A DNA stretch of 64,000 bases from Eledone cirrhosa. Lineage: Eukaryota. The stretch covers positions 184,388,001 through 184,452,000 of the forward strand of contig OZ024740.1 in the NCBI GenBank assembly GCA_964016885.1. Direction: 5' to 3'. Both the position numbers and the translations under genes were made by a program. A model generated the notes under the pieces. The model had not been told where the DNA came from. It saw only the letters and a list, made by a program, of their open reading frames with translations, and made no database searches. Shown here in pieces: positions 55,379-64,000 of this stretch (position 1 is the first letter of the stretch; each line of letters opens with the position of its first letter).

Positions 55379-57211
55379 AATAATAATTTTAATAATAATA
55401 ATAATCATAATAATCTTATTAACCACAAGTTTCAGTGATTCCAGGAATTAATCTGAAATTATAAGGGATAAGATGATATCGCGTTCAGATACGGTTGGAG
55501 GGGGACTTAAAATTTCACCTTCTCTCCGGACTTCAAGGGAATTGGGGATAATTTGAAACCGCTTTATATTTTGTCTAGAATGTCCTAACGCTTCTCTTAC
55601 AGTAACTTCTTAGCAATTTCATGTTAGAATTTATACATTAATTGTTTCTACTTTTGGCACAAGGCCTACAATTACCCCATGCATTACTAGTGCTTTACGT
55701 GGTCTACCCCGTAAGGATGAAAGGCAGAGTTAACCTCGGTGCGATTTGAACTCAGAACGTATTTAATGTAAATCCTCCATTTATTTATACAATCGAAAAA
55801 ATACAGTGTTCTATTCTACTTTACCTATGTTCTCTGTATTATTTTATGACTACCACTAAATAATAAGATGCATATATTTTGTTTGTATCATTCATTTTAA
55901 CCTCTAATTATTTTGGCGGATATATTATCAATTACTTATATTTTATTATTCTTTATTGTTCTTTCTAAAGAATTTCCCTGGCTCCTTTTGCTTGTTACGT
56001 CTATTTTCTTCTCAACTGTTATGCATTGACTAGTTAAATTCAACACTACATACCTAGTTTTATTATTTGCTCAGTCCTCAAGCAGTCATTTGTATTTTAA
56101 ATATATATTCGTATTTTTCTTTCCTTTGTCTTTCTTAAATTTTTTTTTTGATATCAAGCCTATTAATTTGGACAAAGAAAAAATTAAATTAAAAAATATA
56201 TTCTTATAAGAATGGAAATATAATCGGAAGAAAATTGAAAAAAAAATCTGCTATAATTGTTATTTTTTCAATTTTCTTCCGATTATAATCCCAATAAATT
56301 TGGTCAGGTTATGTTCATAAATTAAAAAAAGTTTTAGTTTTCTGAATATTGTAATATTTCTCAAATAGATTTATTTTGAATACTTTTCATTTATTAAATT
56401 TCTTATATGTTTTTCACTTAGGTACAACAACAATATGCTTCTTTTTATGCATTATTCTTTTGTACATCACGCGGCAATTCCCATGCAACGAATCACTGAA
56501 AAGTGTTATTAAAAACAGGCTTGTCAACCTTCACACATGATGCAGGTATTTCCAACATTTCAGCGTATTTCTTTATTTATCTTTTGCTTAAACTGCTTCT
56601 GGTGAGGCTTTACATCCTATTATATACATGTTATACACAACTATATTACATCTTCTTGAATTTTGCCTGAGTCTGTTAAAACCGGCTGTAATTCTAAAAC
56701 AATTTGGTCTATATATATATATATATATAATTATTTCTACTTTTGGCACAAGGCCACCAATGATTCCAGTGCATTACTAGCACTTTATTTTATCGACCTC
56801 ATAAGGATGAAAGGCGGTATTTTAACTCAGATCTTAAAGGCCCGTAACTCCATGTTGCAAAGCATAGCGTCCGACCCACTAACGATACTGCCAATCCACT
56901 GCCATTATATATATTACGATCTGAGTTCAAATCATGCGAGGTTAACTTTGCCTTTCATCCTTACGGGGTCGATAAAATAAAGTACCAGTAATGTACTGGT
57001 TAATTGCTGGCCTTGTACCTAAAATAGAAACCATTATATATATATATATACCGCATAGAGTTACGGCCCTTGCCATTCTGAGCTCAAATCCCGCCGAGGT
57101 TAACTTTGCCTTTCAGCCTTATGGGGTCGATAAAATAAAGTAGCAGTAATACACTGGATAATTGCTGGCCTTGTGCCAAAAGAAGAAACAATTATATATA
57201 TATATATATAT

Positions 57212-57475
57212 ATAAATTGAAACAAAATGAAAACGAAATTTCATTTCTCACTCTTAGTATGGCACTTACTTAAATGTAAGTATGCATGTATACGTACATA
57301 CATATATGTATACAGACGTACAGTAGCATGCACATATATATATACATATACATATATACATACATATGCATACAGGTACACATACATATATGCACGTATC
57401 AGTTTAGCGGCGCTTATTATAACGTCGCTTTGTTCGTTTGTAAACAAACTGAACAGCCTGAATTTATGCCATACG
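57212..57475 (-). repeat. 264-bp inverted head of the 465-bp array
   Basis: Reverse complement of 57523-57786; preceded by (TA)n; 2-nt cg microhomology at the junction. Confidence 0.93.
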
Positions 57476-60049
57476 TTCCTGTGTCAGTGTTGAACAAAAA
57501 GGTGACGTGGTTGCCTTAACACCGTATGGCATAAATTCAGGCTGTTCAGTTTGTTTACAAACGAACAAAGCGACGTTATAATAAGCGCCGCTAAACTGAT
57601 ACGTGCATATATGTATGTGTACCTGTATGCATATGTATGTATATATGTATATGTATATATATATGTGCATGCTACTGTACGTCTGTATACATATATGTAT
57701 GTACGTATACATGCATACTTACATTTAAGTAAGTGCCATACTAAGAGTGAGAAATGAAATTTCGTTTTCATTTTGTTTCAATTTATCGTTTTCGGTATGC
57801 CTGACCGATTTAACTCACTCAATATGCAAATTAGGCTGCTCAGCCGTTAATTTTCATAAGGAAAGTATATACTTTCGAACGTTCAACTATCTGGCAGATG
57901 GGTAAACGGTGCTGATGATAGCTAACAAGCTTGAACATCGTTCCTGTGTCAGTGTTGAACAAAAAGGTGACGTGGTTGCCTTAACACCGTATGGCATAAA
58001 TTCAGGCTGTTCAGTTTGTTTACAAACGAACAAAGCGACGTTATAATAAGCGCCGCTAAACTGATACGTGCATATATGTATGTGTACCTGTATGCATATG
58101 TATGTATATATGTATATGTATATATATATGTGCATGCTACTGTACGTCTGTATACATATATGTATGTACGTATACATGCATACTTACATTTAAGTAAGTG
58201 CCATACTAAGAGTGAGAAATGAAATTTCGTTTTCATTTTGTTTCAATTTATCGTTTTCGGTATGCCTGACCGATTTAACTCACTCAATATGCAAATTAGG
58301 CTGCTCAGCCGTTAATTTTCATAAGGAAAGTATATACTTTCGAACGTTCAACTATCTGGCAGATGGGTAAACGGTGCTGATGATAGCTAACAAGCTTGAA
58401 CATCGTTCCTGTGTCAGTGTTGAACAAAAAGGTGACGTGGTTGCCTTAACACCGTATGGCATAAATTCAGGCTGTTCAGTTTGTTTACAAACGAACAAAG
58501 CGACGTTATAATAAGCGCCGCTAAACTGATACGTGCATATATGTATGTGTACCTGTATGCATATGTATGTATATATGTATATGTATATATATATGTGCAT
58601 GCTACTGTACGTCTGTATACATATATGTATGTACGTATACATGCATACTTACATTTAAGTAAGTGCCATACTAAGAGTGAGAAATGAAATTTCGTTTTCA
58701 TTTTGTTTCAATTTATCGTTTTCGGTATGCCTGACCGATTTAACTCACTCAATATGCAAATTAGGCTGCTCAGCCGTTAATTTTCATAAGGAAAGTATAT
58801 ACTTTCGAACGTTCAACTATCTGGCAGATGGGTAAACGGTGCTGATGATAGCTAACAAGCTTGAACATCGTTCCTGTGTCAGTGTTGAACAAAAAGGTGA
58901 CGTGGTTGCCTTAACACCGTATGGCATAAATTCAGGCTGTTCAGTTTGTTTACAAACGAACAAAGCGACGTTATAATAAGCGCCGCTAAACTGATACGTG
59001 CATATATGTATGTGTACCTGTATGCATATGTATGTATATATGTATATGTATATATATATGTGCATGCTACTGTACGTCTGTATACATATATGTATGTACG
59101 TATACATGCATACTTACATTTAAGTAAGTGCCATACTAAGAGTGAGAAATGAAATTTCGTTTTCATTTTGTTTCAATTTATCGTTTTCGGTATGCCTGAC
59201 CGATTTAACTCACTCAATATGCAAATTAGGCTGCTCAGCCGTTAATTTTCATAAGGAAAGTATATACTTTCGAACGTTCAACTATCTGGCAGATGGGTAA
59301 ACGGTGCTGATGATAGCTAACAAGCTTGAACATCGTTCCTGTGTCAGTGTTGAACAAAAAGGTGACGTGGTTGCCTTAACACCGTATGGCATAAATTCAG
59401 GCTGTTCAGTTTGTTTACAAACGAACAAAGCGACGTTATAATAAGCGCCGCTAAACTGATACGTGCATATATGTATGTGTACCTGTATGCATATGTATGT
59501 ATATATGTATATGTATATATATATGTGCATGCTACTGTACGTCTGTATACATATATGTATGTACGTATACATGCATACTTACATTTAAGTAAGTGCCATA
59601 CTAAGAGTGAGAAATGAAATTTCGTTTTCATTTTGTTTCAATTTATCGTTTTCGGTATGCCTGACCGATTTAACTCACTCAATATGCAAATTAGGCTGCT
59701 CAGCCGTTAATTTTCATAAGGAAAGTATATACTTTCGAACGTTCAACTATCTGGCAGATGGGTAAACGGTGCTGATGATAGCTAACAAGCTTGAACATCG
59801 TTCCTGTGTCAGTGTTGAACAAAAAGGTGACGTGGTTGCCTTAACACCGTATGGCATAAATTCAGGCTGTTCAGTTTGTTTACAAACGAACAAAGCGACG
59901 TTATAATAAGCGCCGCTAAACTGATACGTGCATATATGTATGTGTACCTGTATGCATATGTATGTATATATGTATATGTATATATATATGTGCATGCTAC
60001 TGTACGTCTGTATACATATATGTATGTACGTATACATGCATACTTACAT
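57474..60049 (+). repeat. Tandem array, 465-bp unit x ~5.5, apparently identical copies, hammerhead-like core in each full unit (candidate retrozyme)
   Basis: Unit starts at 57474, 57939, 58404, 58869, 59334, 59799 (ORF track repeats every 465 bp); CTGATGA at 57912, 58377, 58842, 59307, 59772; ends in (TA)n. Confidence refers to the array, not the retrozyme call. Confidence 0.95.
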
Positions 60050-60066
60050 ATATATATATATATATG

Positions 60067-60635
60067 AAGTAAGTCAAACATGTTAAATTTGGCTTCGTTT
60101 ATTATAAATTCTCTGCTATATATATTTCGGTGACAGCTATTATTGGCTGCGACCTCGTCAGGCAATACGAATTAATGTGGAAAAACAGGTGAACATGTTG
60201 CTGAAATGTGCTCCACTCTGTCAATTCATCGATATGTCCAGCTCCTGGGTGTGTTGTTAGTCCTCCGAGGAACTGGAATCATATCATTATATGAACTGGA
60301 ATCATATCAAGATATGATTCCAGTTCCTCGGAGGACTAACAACACACCCAGGAGCTGGACATATTGATGAATTGACAGAATGGAACACATTTCAGCAACA
60401 TGTTTACCTGTTTTTCCACATTAATTCGTACTGCCTGACGAGATCACAGCCAATAATAGCTGTCACTAAAATATATATAGCAGAGAATTTATAATAAACG
60501 AAGCCAAATTTAACATGTTTGACTTACTTATTTTACATTACTCCGGAGTAAACAAACCAACCTGCGTACTTCTTCGAGTGCTCCAATCTGCATACTGAGG
60601 TGTCGGTAAACAACCAAAATATACTCAAAATTTAT
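60067..60635. mobile_element. Fold-back PLE pseudo-LTR insertion (same family as 33925-34150) with an HHR in each arm
   Basis: 219-bp arms 60067-60285 / 60311-60529; HHR ~60113-60165(-) CTGACGA..GAAA-tatata-TA; copy 60431-60483(+) has lost the G of GAAA; 3' tail ttactcc...gagtgctcc. Confidence 0.85.
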
Positions 60636-60777
60636 ATATATATATATATATATGTAGGAGGTGAGTTTTATTGTAGTACAATAAAGCAATGCAGATATCG
60701 GATAAGAAGCACTCTACAGTTTGTGGGACTGGAGTATGCATAATATAAGATCAAAAGATGGTTAAAGGAGTTCCATA

Positions 60778-60848
60778 TATTTTATTATGCGCATTTCAAA
60801 AACAAACATCATCAAACAATAATATTTGTGTTTTCATCAGATAAAACA
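60778..60848 (-). ncRNA. Type I hammerhead ribozyme
   Basis: Reverse complement: tgttttat-CTGATGA-aaacacaaatattatt..gatgatgtttgttttt-GAAA-tgcgca-TA-ataaaata. Confidence 0.88.
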
Positions 60849-62331
60849 GGAGAACATGATATGAAGGCTAAAAAACACTTGTTGATAGTGCAGTTTTAAA
60901 TCAACATATGAAAAGTGGTTTTAGATTGATGTGTGATATTGGGAAAAAATATTTTATTTAGAGAGGGGGGGGGAGAAAAGGATGAAAAGGGAAGGAGATG
61001 AGAGGGAGAGATGGGTGATAGAGAGAAAGAGATAGTTTTTATAACTGAGAGGAGATATATTTTATATAGAGGGGTTGAAAACCGTTGGAAGATACTGTAT
61101 AAATTAAAAATTTTGAAAATTAACGAAGGGAGGATATGTGCGAGGAAAAAATATTTTATTTAGGGAGGGGGGGGGTGGAAAGGATGAAAAAAAGGGGAGG
61201 AGATGAGAGTGAAGGTGGAAAGGGAGAGATGGGTGATAGAGAGAAAGAGATAGTTTTTATAACTGAGAAAAAGATATAATGTTTTAATATAGAGAGGTTG
61301 GGAACCGTTGGAAGATAATGTATAAATTAAAGGAATTTGAAAATTAACGAAGGGAAATTATGTATGAAGATAGAGAGAAAAAAATAATAATTGTGGGTGA
61401 ATATTCTAACGTCAAAAGAAGAAATGTATGTATTGTGGGAATTTCAAAATTAGCAAAGAGAAAAATGTTAAGGTTTATGTGTAGAAGGATTTGAGAAAAA
61501 TAATGTGAAGTTAAAGTTTGTATATTGAATTCATATGTATTAATAATGAGTTCGTTGATGGGGAGAAAAAAATAATAATAATAAATTAAGGATGAAATTG
61601 AGATTAAAAAGATTTATGACGAACTCATTATTAATACATATGAATTCAATATACAAACTTTAACTTCACATTATTTTTCTCAAATCCTTCTACACATAAA
61701 CCTTAACATTTTTCTCTTTGCTAATTTTGAAATTCCCACAATACATACATTTCTTCTTTTGACGTTAGAATATTCACCCACAATTATTATTTTTTTCTCT
61801 CTATCTTCATACATAATTTCCCTTCGTTAATTTTCAAATTCCTTTAATTTATACATTATCTTCCAACGGTTTCCAACCTCTCTATATTAAAACATTATAT
61901 CTTTTTCTCAGTTATAAAAACTATCTCTTTCTCTCTATCACCCATCTCTCCCTTTCCACCTTCACTCTCATCTCCTCCCCTTTTTTTCATCCTTTCCACC
62001 ACCCCCCCTCCCTAAATAAAATATTTTTTCCTCGCACATATCCTCCCTTCGTTAATTTTCAAAATTTTTAATTTATACAGTATCTTCCAACGGTTTTCAA
62101 CCCCTCTATATAAAATATATCTCCTCTCAGTTATAAAAACTATCTCTTTCTCTCTATCACCCATCTCTCCCTCTCATCTCCTTCCCTTTTCATCCTTTTC
62201 TCCCCCCCCCCCCCCTCTCTAAATAAAATATTTTTTCCCAATATCACACATCAATCTAAAACCACTTTTCATATGTTGATTTAAAACTGCACTATCAACA
62301 AGTGTTTTTTAGCCTTCATATCATGTTCTCC

Positions 62332-62402
62332 TGTTTTATCTGATGAAAACACAAATATTATTGTTTGATGATGTTTGTTTTTGAAATGCGCATAATAAAA
62401 TA
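62332..62402 (+). ncRNA. Type I hammerhead ribozyme
   Basis: tgttttat-CTGATGA(62340)-helix II-GAAA(62383)-tgcgca-TA-ataaaata. Confidence 0.88.
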
Positions 62403-62432
62403 TATGGAACTCCTTTAACCATCTGTTGATCT

Positions 62433-62473
<41 letters not shown>

Positions 62474-62499
62474 GTGTGTGTCTGTGTGCGTGCATACAT

Positions 62500-63525
62500 A
62501 TGTGTATGAATCTAAAACACTTTTTTAACCGATCTGTTGAACGCCCTCCCTAAAATCATTAACAAAGACACTTTTATTGTATCATTTGTTTTAGTATACC
62601 TCTATATCACTGTTCCAAATCAACATGGACTACAGGCATTATGATTCTGTTTCGAAAATCTGTTTATGAAATTTTGGTCAAATTAGAAAAGGGATTCATC
62701 ACCTAAGTATTAAAATACATCCTACAAAATAATTTTTTAGACTTTAATGCCAGCATTTACAAAAACATATCTGGGAGCTGGATGGGTACAAAAGACTTAT
62801 GCTAATTTTGTTACAGCATACATGGAGGTCCACATATATGATCAATCTAGATTACGACTTCAACGTCCATAAATATTTGCTAGACAACTAGTAACGTTAC
62901 TTAGATGAGTGCCTAATTCTCAGGACCTTTTACAATCTCAAAGATTTCAAAACCCTAATTAACATCAAAAAGAATATTAACTTTGCAATGGAATTTAGTC
63001 AGAATCAATAAACAACGACTTCTAAACAATATTTGTTATTCTCTTATTGAACCAATAATACTTGAAAGACAGCCACCCTCAATGTTAATAGATAACGGAA
63101 TAGAAATACGAATAACAAAAAACACTTCAGATCCGCACAATACTATATACTTTATTACAACTCACAAACCAAAAAATACAGAGGCATAAAACATTATTCG
63201 CCAGAAGATTCCACTATTGAGACAAGACACTAGAACGATAAAAAAAACCACACTAGAAAAGCACAAAATAATGAAAAGCAAAAGATAACCAAGCTTTCTT
63301 TAAAATCTGCTGAGCACAAACCCGACACCTACAATCAAAATGTGTAGTCACCGTAATTGCGGTACTTGCATCAACATTATTGAAGTCTCATTGTATAAAT
63401 TTAAATCAGGACAAACTTTATCGTAAAAATAATTTCAACTGTTCGTCAAAATATTTAATATATGCTATTTGAATGTAAAGGATGTAATGAAGACTACATA
63501 GGACAAACAAAAACGACGATGAATT
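62500..63525 (+). pseudogene. Heavily decayed Neptune-like PLE RT/GIY-YIG fragment
   Basis: Residual motifs across frames: LYITVPNQHGLQA, GxWMGTK, RYLDEC, RNCGTC, NCSSKYLIYAI, CKGCNEDYIGQT. Confidence 0.75.
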
Positions 63526-64000
63526 AACTACCAGGTGCGACAATCGGCCGCACACATACATCATATGGTTTAACTAAAGACTTTGACACAAGCCAATACG
63601 CTCTCAGCATTGTCACGAGTGATGGCGGTCCTAAGGCGCTGAAACAACCAAGCACCCTCACGGGCATCATCTGATACATCAGTAAGGCGAGCTGCCAGCT
63701 ATGACAACAAACGTCTCGAACGCCACAGAGTGGAAAAAATAATTGCTGGATAAATTCAAGTATCTACGAATGTTATTCTGTTCGGCAAAATTTACTGTGT
63801 CGTTCATGATGAGGGCGGGCAAAAAAGAGTCACTGACTGTGGTGTCTCAGATGAGACACCTACCTCTTACCCTAAATTGATAAACTGAAAGTTATATTTC
63901 TGAAGATTTCAGTTCCAAATAATCTATTTATGAATTATTTTTCGATGCAGACCTACCCTACTCCTTCTGCAGTCAAGAGTCGCTCACTAATACGTTAACT

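Larger units (their letters stand above)
60654..62440. mobile_element. 1.7-kb near-perfect palindrome: ORF-less PLE 3' end with inverted copy
   Basis: Arms 60740-61555 / 61619-62440 with a 63-nt loop; unpaired tail 60654-60739; flanked by (TA)n. Confidence 0.9.

Noticed and set aside
57820-57832. Octamer ATGCAAAT in each array unit (and in the PLE pLTR at ~17145), suggesting a snRNA gene cluster
   Set aside because: No recognisable snRNA, 5S, tRNA or spliced-leader sequence in the unit; an 8-mer is expected by chance in AT-rich DNA.
57227-60165. Repeated 68-118 aa ORFs in the 465-bp array as a tandem gene family
   Set aside because: They span the low-complexity TA/TG tract, occur in several frames and show no protein motif.

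Overview
AT-rich, microsatellite-laden animal genomic DNA. The (TA)n/(CA)n density and the SINE/LINE complement suggest a cephalopod such as Octopus, but that is inference. No host protein-coding gene could be supported. The window is mostly transposon remains: a CR1/L2-like LINE (~1.95-5.05 kb), two RTE-clade LINE copies, a near full-length Tx1/L1-clade LINE (~50.1-55.4 kb, minus), four Penelope-like elements (PLEs; RT + GIY-YIG), mariner remnants, MITEs and over a dozen tRNA-derived SINE copies. The main signal outside the ORF track is RNA structure. About a dozen type I hammerhead ribozyme (HHR) motifs from roughly seven sequence families sit in PLE pseudo-LTRs and in ORF-less fold-back insertions. 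One insertion (33805) begins exactly at a predicted HHR cleavage site. A 465-bp x ~5.5 tandem array (57474-60049) has a hammerhead-like core in each full unit, starts at that core's predicted cleavage region and has an inverted head, so it looks like a retrozyme-type rolling-circle insertion. One Naiad-like PLE has an in-frame TGA at a conserved zinc-finger Cys (possible selenocysteine). All alignments and pairings were done by eye.
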